Source: an archaeon (lineage in GTDB: Archaea > Nanobdellota > Nanobdellia > SCGC-AAA011-G17 > VGLX01). Taken from it: a stretch of 50,842 bases of DNA. Location: the NCBI GenBank assembly GCA_043810595.1, contig JBDRNX010000037.1, positions 1-50,842 of the forward strand, read 5' to 3'. Under the pieces are notes generated by a model, which was not told where the DNA came from, did no database searches, and saw nothing but the letters and a program-made list of their open reading frames with translations. Numbering within the stretch: the first letter of the stretch is position 1; every line of letters begins with the position of its first letter. A program made the position numbers and the translations under genes. Positions 33,403 through 43,035 of this stretch are shown here, in pieces.

Positions 33403-33466
33403 GCTCCTTAATTTGATTGTTTCTCCTTTTAAGCATTATTATTCTTTACTATATTATTTTTTAGAA

Positions 33467-35275
33467 TTAGGTTTTTAGTGTTATGTCTTTTCTCTGTTTT
33501 ATTGCTTCTGCAAGGCTCCTTCCGAGCTTGCTTTTCTTGTGTACTTTTACCTCTCCTTTCTTGCTTGACGTGGCGCTGAATAAAAATTGGTCGTTTATGT
33601 AGAAGTCTATGTTTCTGTTGGATTCATTAACATAAAAGCTTATGTAGCCGCTGTTTTCGCTTAGGTGGTATTCTACTTGCTTGCCTTCTGCGGGTTTTTC
33701 TTGTTTTTCTCTGACTTCTATGTTTATTCCAAGTTTTTGTTCTATCTCTTCTATTGTTTTTCCTTGCTTGCCTATTATTCTCCCTATGTCCCTTTCTGGC
33801 ACGTATATTATTGCTTTGTTGTCTGACAGGACTTCTGCCTCGACTTCGTCGCTTAGGTTTCTTAAGACCTTTTCTATCTGTTTTGCTGCTAGGTTGTGTA
33901 CCGAGCTTTTTTTGCCACCTGCCTTTACTGGAATAACTACTGTTTCCTCCCCGTAGCTGTATATCTCGAATTCGAGGTTGTTTGTTTCGAAGTCTCTTAC
34001 CTCTACTACTGGTCTTGCCAGGTCTGCCTCTGTCATGCCTGCAGGTACTTTCACAGTCATCATTATGCTTAGCACCTTGTCTATTGCCCCATTTTTTATG
34101 AATATCACAGTGTCTATAACATGGGGGATAACCCCCAGCTCTATTCTCCCTACGAATCGTTGTATAGCATCCACTGGATTGGTAGCATGTATCACACCCA
34201 CGAGTCCTATTCCGCTCAGCCTTAGGTCTGCAAATAATCTGAAGTCGTTCGTATTCCTCATCTCGTCGAAGATCGTATAATCTGGTCTTGACAGCAATAG
34301 TATGTCATGTATTTCCTGAGCATCGCCGTGGCTTATTGCATATTGTGTTATCTCATCTGGCAGTACCAAGTCTCTTGGGGCTTCTATTGTTTTAACTACT
34401 TTTTCTTGTGCAGCGTAGAATTCTGCTAAGGCGCTTGCACACGTGCTTTTTCCCTGTCCTGGTGCACCTGCTATTAGTATTCCTTCTGCTTGTTCTGCGA
34501 CTCTTTTTTTGAGTTTTTCACTCAGTTTGTAATCCTCTAATGTTAGTTTTTTGATGGGCTTTACTGCTGTGATTTCCCATCCGTCAGAAAACGGCGGTCT
34601 TGTTATGACTATTCTGTAGTGTCCTAGTTGTACTATAGTGCTTCCTTCCCTCTGTATCTCTATAAAGCTGTCTTTTCTCATCTTTGCACTTTCTATGATT
34701 TCTTTTGATATCTCTTTTATTTCTTCATGGTCCATAAGTTCTTTCCTTAGCGTTTCGAAAACCCATTTGCCTGGCATTCCCTTCTTTGCTTTTGGCTTTA
34801 CATTCTCTCTTAAGTGTACTGACATTGTTATTTTGTCGAAGAATTTGTCGAGTTTTAATTTTTTGATTTCTTTTTCTTTGGGTTCTATGTATATTACTTT
34901 CATTCCCTTTGCTTTTGCTATTCTCGCTTGTATTTTATCCGAGCTCAATAGTGTTGCGTCCATCTCCCAGGCCAGTTCCCTGATCATAGAGTCTATCTCC
35001 CCCATGGAAGCGTACTTTATTTCCACCATTTTTGGTCTTCTTCCAGCATACTTCACCTGAAATTTGCCGTTAGCAAGCGCCCATATCTTTTCCAGCTCGT
35101 CAAGGCCAAGGTATCCTATAGCTCTTCCCATGTTTGCCTGGTGTTCCAACTCCGCGAGAACTGCCTCATGTATTATTATCTCGTCGAACAGAAGTTCGTT
35201 TTTCTGCACCTTTTCAGAAATCAGTCCTTCGATTATGACAGAAGTATCAGGCACCAATTTTTCTATTTTTTCCAT
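33467..35275 (-). CDS. PIN-domain / PilT-like ATPase with a C-terminal KH domain
   Basis: N-terminal PIN-like VPDTSVIIEG, Walker A GAPGQGKST, and the KH motif IIGKQGKTIEEIEQKLGINIEV. This is the archaeal COG1855 architecture. Confidence 0.75.
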   Translation of the reverse strand: MEKIEKLVPDTSVIIEGLISEKVQKNELLFDEIIIHEAVLAELEHQANMGRAIGYLGLDELEKIWALANGKFQVKYAGRRPKMVEIKYASMGEIDSMIRELAWEMDATLLSSDKIQARIAKAKGMKVIYIEPKEKEIKKLKLDKFFDKITMSVHLRENVKPKAKKGMPGKWVFETLRKELMDHEEIKEISKEIIESAKMRKDSFIEIQREGSTIVQLGHYRIVITRPPFSDGWEITAVKPIKKLTLEDYKLSEKLKKRVAEQAEGILIAGAPGQGKSTCASALAEFYAAQEKVVKTIEAPRDLVLPDEITQYAISHGDAQEIHDILLLSRPDYTIFDEMRNTNDFRLFADLRLSGIGLVGVIHATNPVDAIQRFVGRIELGVIPHVIDTVIFIKNGAIDKVLSIMMTVKVPAGMTEADLARPVVEVRDFETNNLEFEIYSYGEETVVIPVKAGGKKSSVHNLAAKQIEKVLRNLSDEVEAEVLSDNKAIIYVPERDIGRIIGKQGKTIEEIEQKLGINIEVREKQEKPAEGKQVEYHLSENSGYISFYVNESNRNIDFYINDQFLFSATSSKKGEVKVHKKSKLGRSLAEAIKQRKDITLKT

Positions 35276-35376
35276 ACTTTACTACTTATTTTTTTTATCA
35301 GTATTTAAATTTTTCTTTAATGCTTTAATGTTGTAAATCAAAACTTTTATAAATGATTGTGTTTCAAGAGCATCGC

Positions 35377-36420
35377 ATGGCGCTCACCGTTACTCAGGTT
35401 ATTATTTCCATTCTTGTTATAGTGTTGTCTGTTATAGTTGCGAAGATAGTTGTATTCATCATGGGCAAGTTTAAGCATTTTACCTCAAAAACGAGGTTTT
35501 CTCTTGGTGATCGCATAATTGAGTTTTTGATGAGGCCTATCAGGATATTTATCATACTTGCGGGCATTTTCATTGCGGTTTATTTGATAGATCCTGATTT
35601 GCAGATATATGGCATCCCTTTTAACACCATATTCAAGGTGCTTGGTATTTTGATAGGTGCTTATTTTGCTGCGAGGGTTTTTGCGGGGATGTTAAGATGG
35701 TATGGTGACCAGGTTGCTCATAGAACTAAAAGCAAACTGAATGATCACCTGCTTCCGTTCTTAAGGAACTTCATTTACGTTATCGTATTCATTATAGCGG
35801 GGGTTATCACACTTCGTATATTGGGCGTTCAGATTACTCCTTTGCTTGCTGGTCTTGGTATTGCAAGCTTGGCTATTGCTTTGGCTTTGCAAGATACTTT
35901 GTCTAATGTTTTTTCTGCAATTTGGGTGGGTCTTGAGAGGCCTATAAAACCGGGTGATTACATTGAAATAGATGGCGGGAAGAGTGGTTACGTTCAGGAT
36001 ATGAGTTGGCGTACTACAAAGATAAGGACCTTGCCTAATAACCTTGTTATAATCCCCAATTCCAAGATTGCCCAGAGCATAATCACTAACTATCAGGCTC
36101 CTAACGCTGAGATGGCTGTTCTCGTAAACGTTTCAGTAAGTTATGATTCCGATTTGGAGAAGGTTGAGAAGGTAACGATTGAAGTCGGTAAACACATTCA
36201 AAAAACAGTTAAGGGTGCTGTGAGGACTTTTGAGCCTTTCATAAGGTATAACGAGTTTGGTGATTCAGGCATTGGCTTCACGGTTATTTTGAGGGCTGAG
36301 ACTTATGTTGATCAGTATTTGATAAAGCATGAGTTTATTAAGCAGCTTCATAAGCGTTTCAACAAGGAGAAGATAGAAATTCCTTTCCCACAACGTGTTG
36401 TGCATTTGAAGAAGAGGTAA
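35377..36420 (+). CDS. MscS-family mechanosensitive channel
   Basis: LAGLGIASLAIALALQDTLSNVFS...PIKPGDYIEIDG..GYVQDMSWRTTKIRT..N..VIIPNS. ATG 35377 lies about 28 nt after TTTTATAAAT. The track start is 35353. Confidence 0.85.
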   Translation: MALTVTQVIISILVIVLSVIVAKIVVFIMGKFKHFTSKTRFSLGDRIIEFLMRPIRIFIILAGIFIAVYLIDPDLQIYGIPFNTIFKVLGILIGAYFAARVFAGMLRWYGDQVAHRTKSKLNDHLLPFLRNFIYVIVFIIAGVITLRILGVQITPLLAGLGIASLAIALALQDTLSNVFSAIWVGLERPIKPGDYIEIDGGKSGYVQDMSWRTTKIRTLPNNLVIIPNSKIAQSIITNYQAPNAEMAVLVNVSVSYDSDLEKVEKVTIEVGKHIQKTVKGAVRTFEPFIRYNEFGDSGIGFTVILRAETYVDQYLIKHEFIKQLHKRFNKEKIEIPFPQRVVHLKKR

Positions 36421-37140
36421 TTATATCTTTCTTAGGAATACCAAGAATCCTGTGTGACCTATCATCTTACTCTTTGGCCTTACTTTTTTTCCTTCCACAT
36501 GCCATTCCCTCTCAATTAGCTCAACTACTTTTTCCTGTATGAAGTCTTTTCCCTCTATTCCTTTTATCAGTTCTTCTACCTGTGTTGTTGTTGGCAGGTA
36601 AGCTACTAGGAATCTTCCTGATTTCAGCACTTTTTCTGCATGTTGTAACACTTTCCACGGTTCTGGCAAGTCTAGCAGGATTAGGTCTACTTCTTTTTCT
36701 TCTATTCCCTGGTTAACATCTTTGTTTTTGAGCTCTATGTTTTTTATTTCAAGGTCTTCTATGTTTTTTTGTGCTATCCTGTAGAACTCCTCCTCATTTT
36801 CGTAACTAATCACTTTTTTGACCAGCCTTGCTATGTGCATAGCAGAGACTCCGCAGCCTGCTCCTGCATCTATCACAGTTGATTCTTTGTCTATCCCTGT
36901 GTTTGCAATGACATAGCCTATGTCTTTTTTTGTCATTATCGCTGGTCCTCTCTTTATTTTTTTTATTTCGTCAACAAAATTTGCATCATGTATTAAAAAT
37001 TCCTTGTTTTGGTGTGATTTTACTTTCTTATCTGCTTTTTTTATGTCTTCCTCTTTTACAACACCCGCTAAAGTATGTAGGTCTCCTTCTTTCCAATAGT
37101 ATTTCTTGTTATTCCTTATCAGAACTTTTTTGACTTTCAC
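36421..37140 (-). CDS. trmI: tRNA (adenine-N1)-methyltransferase, TrmI/GCD14 family
   Basis: SAM-binding VIDAGAGCGVSAMHIA, and LLDLPEPWKVLQHAEKVLKSGRFLVAYLPTTTQV typical of TrmI. Confidence 0.7.
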   Translation of the reverse strand: MKVKKVLIRNNKKYYWKEGDLHTLAGVVKEEDIKKADKKVKSHQNKEFLIHDANFVDEIKKIKRGPAIMTKKDIGYVIANTGIDKESTVIDAGAGCGVSAMHIARLVKKVISYENEEEFYRIAQKNIEDLEIKNIELKNKDVNQGIEEKEVDLILLDLPEPWKVLQHAEKVLKSGRFLVAYLPTTTQVEELIKGIEGKDFIQEKVVELIEREWHVEGKKVRPKSKMIGHTGFLVFLRKI

Positions 37141-37148
37141 CCCTATTT

Positions 37149-37562
37149 CTAATCAGGGCTTGTATATAAAATTTGGTATTTTCTTAGTTTTATTCCCTTA
37201 TTATCTTGGTCGTAAATAGCGAAAGGCCTCTCTTTAAATTTAAGATATGAAACTATTTTATCTGCCAATTCACTGCTTTTTTCATTCTTTACAACTACCC
37301 TCACTAATTTTGAGCCTACACTTGGTGCCACTACTACATCAAAATCATAGCCTCCTGGTTTAAACAAAACAGTATTTATTAGGAAGTTATGAACCTTCCA
37401 AGGTAACATATGACCTTCTTTAGATCTTATAGCACAGGCTTCAAAGCAAAATGGAAGGCCAGAGCAAGTAGTTTCATCTTCAAAAAATCTTATTTGATTC
37501 CCACTTTCTTTATTAATCAATTCTACTATTTCCTTTCCAATCTCTTCATCCAATTTTATCAT
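37149..37562 (-). CDS. hypothetical protein
   Basis: 137-aa ORF. No recognised motif. Confidence 0.45.
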   Translation of the reverse strand: MIKLDEEIGKEIVELINKESGNQIRFFEDETTCSGLPFCFEACAIRSKEGHMLPWKVHNFLINTVLFKPGGYDFDVVVAPSVGSKLVRVVVKNEKSSELADKIVSYLKFKERPFAIYDQDNKGIKLRKYQILYTSPD

Positions 37563-37656
37563 TTTAATCCCCCACGACTGTTGTAATGACGCTATTTATA
37601 AATATTTTGGTTAAGTTACTGCACGATTAATATTTTTCTTGAACAAAAATTGAACC

Positions 37657-37780
37657 TGCGGGAGACAGGACTCGAACCTGCGTAGGCACTAAGCCAATAG
37701 CTTTCTTATATCCTCGCCATTTCGGCTCATCTTTCAATTTATCTTGAGGCTATCCCGTTTGGCCACTCCGGCACTCCCGC
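37657..37780 (-). tRNA. tRNA-Leu (anticodon CAA) with a 40-nt intron at the canonical 37/38 position (37703-37742)
   Basis: Reverse complement: acceptor GCGGGAG/CTCCCGC, D stem CCG/CGG, anticodon stem ATAGC/GCTAT with loop CTCAAG^A, a 15-nt variable arm, T arm GCAGG-TTCGAGT-CCTGT. Mature length 84 nt. Confidence 0.85.
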
Positions 37781-37834
37781 ATAAGAAATTTTTGTATAAA
37801 AAGCTTTAAATACTTTACTTATCAGTTTTTCTTT

Positions 37835-38560
37835 ATGGAAGTAAAATTGTATGATTTTATCGAGATGGATTACATAGGAAGGTTTAAGGATAATAATCAG
37901 ATATTCGACCTTACCGACGAGAAGATTGCAAAGGAGAATAACTTCAATCCGAAGCTTACTTTCAAGCCTGTTATAATTTGTGTTGGTAACGGCGATGTCG
38001 TTAAGGGACTTGACGATGCTTTGGTGGGGAAAGAGGTTGGGAAAAAATACACTGTTGAGGTTCCTGCCGAGCTTGGGTTTGGTAAGAAGAATCCTAAGTT
38101 GATTAGGCTTATACCTACTAAGGTTTTCATAGACCAGAAGATTAATCCTGTTCCTGGTTTGCAGGTTACCGTGAATAACGCTTTTGGCATAATTCGGAGT
38201 GTTGGCGGTGGTCGTACTCTTGTTGACTTTAATCATCCTTATTCAGGCCACGATCTTATTTATGAAATTACAATCGTGAGGAAGCTTGATGGTGATGTTG
38301 AGAAGTTGAAGTCTTTCTTTGAGCTTCATTTCAACGCTAAGGATATAGATGTTAAGATTGAGGAGGGTGTTGCCAAGGTCCCTATAGGTATTCCTGATGT
38401 TCTTTCAAAGCCGCTTTTTGAGCACTTGCAGAAGATTTTCCCTAACATAAAGTCCTTTGAGTTTCTCAGCCCGGAGGCAAAGAAGGGTGAGGAAAAAAAG
38501 GTTTCTAAAAAGCTTGAGAAGAAACAGCCTGAAAAGCCGTCTGATACTGCTAAAAAATAA
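37835..38560 (+). CDS. FKBP-type peptidyl-prolyl cis-trans isomerase (SlyD-like with an insert domain)
   Basis: VIICVGNGDVVKGLDDALVGKEVGKKYTVEVPAELGFG ... VDFNHPYSGHDLIYEITIV are the FKBP blocks. Confidence 0.8.
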   Translation: MEVKLYDFIEMDYIGRFKDNNQIFDLTDEKIAKENNFNPKLTFKPVIICVGNGDVVKGLDDALVGKEVGKKYTVEVPAELGFGKKNPKLIRLIPTKVFIDQKINPVPGLQVTVNNAFGIIRSVGGGRTLVDFNHPYSGHDLIYEITIVRKLDGDVEKLKSFFELHFNAKDIDVKIEEGVAKVPIGIPDVLSKPLFEHLQKIFPNIKSFEFLSPEAKKGEEKKVSKKLEKKQPEKPSDTAKK

Positions 38561-38645
38561 TAACTTTTGGATTATAGATAAGCTTTTATAGGACTTCCTT
38601 ATTAAATGTTTTTCAGATGAAAAAGGTGAAGATAAAGGGCGTGAA

Positions 38646-39782
38646 ATGATGGATTCCTTCTCAGATAACGCTGATTTTAACATCGATTCGCCGGATGCTA
38701 AAGCTGTTAGCAAGATGAATCTTCCTCGCAAGTTTAGTTCTATAGACGAAGAGCTGGAAGAGTTGTTGAATAAGCAGAAGGCTAAGATTAAGGTTATCGG
38801 CACTGGCGGTGCTGGTAACAACACAATTAATAGGATGTCTGAGGTGGGGATTGGCGGTGCGGAGATGATTGCTATGAACACTGACGCTCAGGACTTGCTT
38901 TACACGAACGCTGATGTTAAGGTTCTTCTCGGAAGGGATGTTACTCACGGCCTTGGTGCTGGTTCTATCCCTCAGGTTGGTGAGGAGGCTGCTAAAGAGT
39001 CTGAGCATGAGATAAAGCAGAAGTTGTTGGGTGCTGACATGGTTTTCATCACTTGTGGTTTGGGGGGTGGTACGGGTACAGGTTCTGCTCCCATAATTGC
39101 TGACATATCTAAGAAGACCGGTGCTCTTACTGTTGCTGTCGTTACCTTGCCTTTCCAGGTTGAGGGTCAGAGAAGGTACGAAAATGCTATTCTCGGTCTG
39201 GAAAAGTTGGAAAATATTGTTGATACTCTTATTGTGATTCCCAATGATAAGTTGTTGGAGTTGGCTCCGGACCTTCCCTTACAGACCGCTTTCAAGGTTG
39301 CTGATGAGATTCTGACCAATGCCGTGAAGGGTATTGCTGACCTAGTGACGAGGACTGGTTTGGTTAACTTGGACTTCGCTGACATCAAGGCTGTTATGGG
39401 TAAGGGCGGCGTTGCTATGATTGGTATTGGTGAGAGTGATACAGAGAGCAGGGCTATGGAGTCTGTTGAGAAAGCCTTGAACAACCCCCTGCTTGACGTT
39501 GACATTACCGGTGCTAACGGTGCTCTTATTAACGTTTCCGGCGGTCCTGACATGACTCTTGACGAGGCCAAGAAGGTAGTTGAGAGTGTTTCTGAGAAGC
39601 TTGATGAGGATGCCAACATTATTTGGGGTGCTATGATCTCTGAAGACCTGGGCAAAACCCTGAAAACCATGTTGATAGTGACGGGTGTTAACTCACCTCA
39701 GATATTCGGTCCTAGGAAGCATATAGTCGAAAGGTCTAAGACTGAGATCGAGGATCAGCTCGGCATTGAGTTTGTTGAATAG
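38646..39782 (+). CDS. ftsZ: cell division GTPase FtsZ
   Basis: [17 protein letters not shown], and [15 protein letters not shown] (tubulin signature GGGTGTG). Confidence 0.95.
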   Translation: MMDSFSDNADFNIDSPDAKAVSKMNLPRKFSSIDEELEELLNKQKAKIKVIGTGGAGNNTINRMSEVGIGGAEMIAMNTDAQDLLYTNADVKVLLGRDVTHGLGAGSIPQVGEEAAKESEHEIKQKLLGADMVFITCGLGGGTGTGSAPIIADISKKTGALTVAVVTLPFQVEGQRRYENAILGLEKLENIVDTLIVIPNDKLLELAPDLPLQTAFKVADEILTNAVKGIADLVTRTGLVNLDFADIKAVMGKGGVAMIGIGESDTESRAMESVEKALNNPLLDVDITGANGALINVSGGPDMTLDEAKKVVESVSEKLDEDANIIWGAMISEDLGKTLKTMLIVTGVNSPQIFGPRKHIVERSKTEIEDQLGIEFVE

Positions 39783-39829
39783 AAACCTTTAAAAACCCTA
39801 ATCCGTAATTTTTCTTATCTGGTTTTAAG

Positions 39830-40015
39830 ATGATAAAGAATTATTTGATGAAGTTTAAGGATTTCATATCCGAATGCAAGAGGGTTCTTCTCGTTACCAA
39901 AAAACCCGGTAAAGAGGAGTTTAAGGTAATCGTGAAGGTATCCGGCATAGGGATTTTGATAATTGGCTTCATAGGTTTTGTAATTTTCATACTTGGTGAT
40001 TTGTTGAGAAAATGA
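39830..40015 (+). CDS. secE: protein translocase subunit SecE / Sec61-gamma
   Basis: 61 aa with a single C-terminal TM helix (GIGILIIGFIGFVIFILG). Lies directly upstream of spt5 and overlaps it, the conserved archaeal arrangement. Confidence 0.8.
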   Translation: MIKNYLMKFKDFISECKRVLLVTKKPGKEEFKVIVKVSGIGILIIGFIGFVIFILGDLLRK

Positions 40016-40479
40016 ATCCGATTTTTGCTTTGAGGACGACTGCAAACAGGGAAGATCAGGTTCTCGATTTCGTTTTTGAGAACGCTAAGAAGAAGGGCTT
40101 GGATGTTTATTGCTTAGTTAGGCCTCACGGCCTTCGCGGCTATATTTTCATAGAAGCCAAGGATAGGCAGACTGCTGAGGAGGCCTTCCAGGGAATTCCC
40201 TATGCTCGTGGTTTACTTCCTAAGGAAGTGCAGTATTCTGAGATTGAGCACATGCTTGAGCAGGTTAAGCGTGAAGTTAACATCCAGAAGAATGATATTG
40301 TTGAGATAATCTCAGGTCCTTTTAAGAGGGAGAAGGCCAAGGTTTCAAGGATTGATACTCAGAAGGATGAGGTTGTTGTTGAGTTGCTAGAATCTGCCAT
40401 TCCCATTCCTATTACTGTTAAGCTTGATTCTGTTAAGGTTATTAGAAGGGAAGGCGAAGAAGAAAAAATTGAAGAATAA
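40012..40479 (+). CDS. spt5: transcription elongation factor Spt5 (NusG homologue)
   Basis: NGN domain (IFALRTTANREDQV, GYIFIEA) and KOW motif (KNDIVEIISGPFKREKAKVSRID). Confidence 0.9.
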   Translation: MNPIFALRTTANREDQVLDFVFENAKKKGLDVYCLVRPHGLRGYIFIEAKDRQTAEEAFQGIPYARGLLPKEVQYSEIEHMLEQVKREVNIQKNDIVEIISGPFKREKAKVSRIDTQKDEVVVELLESAIPIPITVKLDSVKVIRREGEEEKIEE

Positions 40480-40487
40480 AAAAGGGT

Positions 40488-41057
40488 TTAACCGAATAGT
40501 CCCCCTCCTTTCATCACGTTTATCGTGAACGCTGAAGTCTCGTACATCGGGCTTGATGCTCCTGCGTTAGCTGCAGCGCACCTTACTGTTACGGAGTATG
40601 CTGGGTCTGTTGGGCTTCCGATGGATAGCGGCGCGTTCTTGACGGCTGCTATCTGTATTACAAATCTTGCTTCGTCCCCAGGTCCCAATGTTACGGGGTT
40701 TTCGGATATTACATGTGCTTTGATTTGTGTTTCTTGGAAATTGGATCCCGCTGCTTTTTTAAGATCCATGTAGAAGGATTTGCAGTTTGTGGTATCCCTT
40801 CCATCGTTACCAACATACGAGAATATTGTCGATCTTGATCCCTGTTTCACATCAACGTTGGAGTCTACTGTCAGTGTGGATCCTGTGTGGAGTTTTCCTA
40901 TTTCTGTCTCTGCGGTTCCGAATATCTCGTCAGATATGTCGCCTATTCCCCCAAAAAGGTTTTTTACGAATATCAATCCTAGGGATAGCAGTGCTACTCC
41001 TATGACTATAACAACTATTGTGTTTACAGAAAGTTCAAGTGCCCCTCTTTTTTTCAT
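40488..41057 (-). CDS. archaeal-type pilin-like protein (class III signal peptide)
   Basis: The ATG at 41057 lies after GAGGTGA. MKKRG|ALELSVNTIVVIVIGVALLSLGLIF is a short basic leader plus hydrophobic helix, as in archaeal type IV pilins. Confidence 0.55.
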   Translation of the reverse strand: MKKRGALELSVNTIVVIVIGVALLSLGLIFVKNLFGGIGDISDEIFGTAETEIGKLHTGSTLTVDSNVDVKQGSRSTIFSYVGNDGRDTTNCKSFYMDLKKAAGSNFQETQIKAHVISENPVTLGPGDEARFVIQIAAVKNAPLSIGSPTDPAYSVTVRCAAANAGASSPMYETSAFTINVMKGGGLFG

Positions 41058-41289
41058 TTTATGGTTCACCTCATCTCTTTTTTTCAAGTGCTTTTGTTAT
41101 TTTCTTTTCTAGGTCTATGATTCTTCTTTCCATCATTATTACCCTTCTCAAACCGTATACCAGCCCTACTAGGCCCCCAAGGATTATGTAAAGAACTATT
41201 TCGATTTTCAGTGCTAAAGTGTCAGATATAACCAATTTTACCACCTCTCTTTGCTATTTTTTTGTTTTTTCTTATATAAAAATCTTTCC

Positions 41290-43035
41290 TTAGTCTTTTT
41301 CGAGCAGCCTTTCCATGAGGGATGCGAACGCTGGTCTTGTTATGAAGACTCCTACTGAAAGGCCTATTATGGTTGTTACAGCGAATCCTCTTATCAGGCC
41401 TGCTCCTGCGTTCCATAGGGGTATCATTGCCGCTACGGTTACAGCATAAGCTGAGAACACTATGAAGAACGCTCTTTTTGTTTTTTCTTTCCAGCTCAGG
41501 AATCTTTCTTTTCCTCCCTTTATCAGTTCGTCAGTTATTATGATTTGGTCATCCACGCCAGTTGCTACGGCTGCGATTATTCCTGCTATAGATGCTAGGT
41601 CGAGGTTCCATTGTATCATTGCTGCTACCCCTAGGGTTATGAATATCTCGCTGGTTGCTATTATGAGTATGGGTATGACTAGTTTTATGTTCCTGTACCT
41701 TAGCACTATGACTATCGCTACCGCTGTTATTCCTAGCAGTCCCACGAGTAATGAGTTGGTTAGGAATTCTTTCCCCAAAAGAGGGGATATGTTGTCAAGT
41801 TTTGCTATTCCTATCTCGAATGGTAGTGATCCTGTTATTATTATTGTCTGCAGCCTGTTCATGTTTTTGACTGCTTGTTCTATTGCTGCTGCCTGTGTTT
41901 GTCCGAAGCCTGGTCCTGATATGGCTATTGCTGTTGTTTCTTTTCCTCTAAGGTCAGATCCGATTTGCAGGCTGTCTACTTTTTTTTCATCAAGGTAAAA
42001 ATCTATTGTTGTGTTAAGAATCTCCCTTCCGTCAGGGCTTGTAACAACTTCAAGGTCTTTTGTTATTTCTGCATGTCTTTTTGCAGCTTCGGGGCTTAGG
42101 TGTACTGCAAACTCGAATTCGCATACCCACTGGTTATCTTCTGTGGGGTTGCACTCCCTTACTCCGCTGCAGCTTCCATCATCTTTGCATACGAATGGTA
42201 TGTCTTGTTTCCCACCTGTGAACACTATCTTGTCGTTTATTTTCGCTTCAAATTTTCCTTGTTGTCCTATAAGTTGTCTGACTTCCTCTTCTGTTGCTCC
42301 GCCTATTTCCACCAGGACGTATTTCTTTCCTGAGAGGTCGTTTGCTGCTCTTATTTTAAGATCTTGTAGTCCGTAAACATTTAATCTGTTGTCTAGTACG
42401 CTTATTAAATCAGTAACGTCTTTGTCTGTTATTTCCCTGTCTGCTCTCAGTTCAAGAAGTACTCTTGTTCCACCTGAAAGTTCCAGTCCTTTTTTTAGGT
42501 TGCTTTTTCTAGCTTCTCCTACTGTTATTTCAGGTGCTCCTCTGGTTAGGTACACGTATTCTCCTTTGTTTGTGGTTATGCTTATCTTTTCTTGCGGGAG
42601 TATTTTGTTTATTTCTTCGCTCACTTCTGTTGAGTTTGTTACTGTTTTTCCGTTTATCGATATTATTTCCATTCCCTCTTCTAGTGGTGTGAAGTCTTCT
42701 GTTCTTGTTATCGTGAGGTTTTCGTATTCAAATCCTATAGAATTAGTTATGTTGTAGTCAAAATTTCCTTTATTTGTGTCTATCTCTATTTCTTTGGGCT
42801 GGTTTACGTAGCTGGATACCGCGTTTTGATAGTCTTGTGTTGTTTTTATTTCTTGTCCGTTTACTGAGATGATTTTTTGTCCTGCTTGTATTCCTTGTTG
42901 TGCTGCTAGGCTGTTTGGCGATACTGTTTTTATTTCTATCCCTTCAGCCCATGGGTTGTAGTTTATTGCAAGGACTGTTATTATTAGTGTTATAAGCAGT
43001 ATCCATACTCTCAGTGTCATTATTTTTTTAGGCAT
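41290..43035 (-). CDS. secD: SecD with N-terminal tandem PDZ-like segments
   Basis: GLELSGGTRVLLE and a C-terminal 6-TM SecD core. Residues about 30-170 contain two PDZ-like stretches (SPNSLAAQQGIQAGQKIISVNGQEI and EEGMEIISINGKTV). Confidence 0.85.
   Translation of the reverse strand: MPKKIMTLRVWILLITLIITVLAINYNPWAEGIEIKTVSPNSLAAQQGIQAGQKIISVNGQEIKTTQDYQNAVSSYVNQPKEIEIDTNKGNFDYNITNSIGFEYENLTITRTEDFTPLEEGMEIISINGKTVTNSTEVSEEINKILPQEKISITTNKGEYVYLTRGAPEITVGEARKSNLKKGLELSGGTRVLLELRADREITDKDVTDLISVLDNRLNVYGLQDLKIRAANDLSGKKYVLVEIGGATEEEVRQLIGQQGKFEAKINDKIVFTGGKQDIPFVCKDDGSCSGVRECNPTEDNQWVCEFEFAVHLSPEAAKRHAEITKDLEVVTSPDGREILNTTIDFYLDEKKVDSLQIGSDLRGKETTAIAISGPGFGQTQAAAIEQAVKNMNRLQTIIITGSLPFEIGIAKLDNISPLLGKEFLTNSLLVGLLGITAVAIVIVLRYRNIKLVIPILIIATSEIFITLGVAAMIQWNLDLASIAGIIAAVATGVDDQIIITDELIKGGKERFLSWKEKTKRAFFIVFSAYAVTVAAMIPLWNAGAGLIRGFAVTTIIGLSVGVFITRPAFASLMERLLEKD

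Noticed and set aside
33681-35336. Several 60-140-aa plus-strand ORFs inside the PIN-ATPase-KH gene. Similar antisense ORFs occur inside secD, secF, gltX, ndk, ftsZ and polX.
   Set aside because: They are antisense to long, motif-supported genes. They have low-complexity Ser/Leu/Phe-rich translations typical of the reverse frames of A/G-rich coding DNA.
37739-38236. 165-aa minus-strand ORF.
   Set aside because: Its 3' part runs through the tRNA-Leu gene and intron. The rest is antisense to the well-supported FKBP gene.
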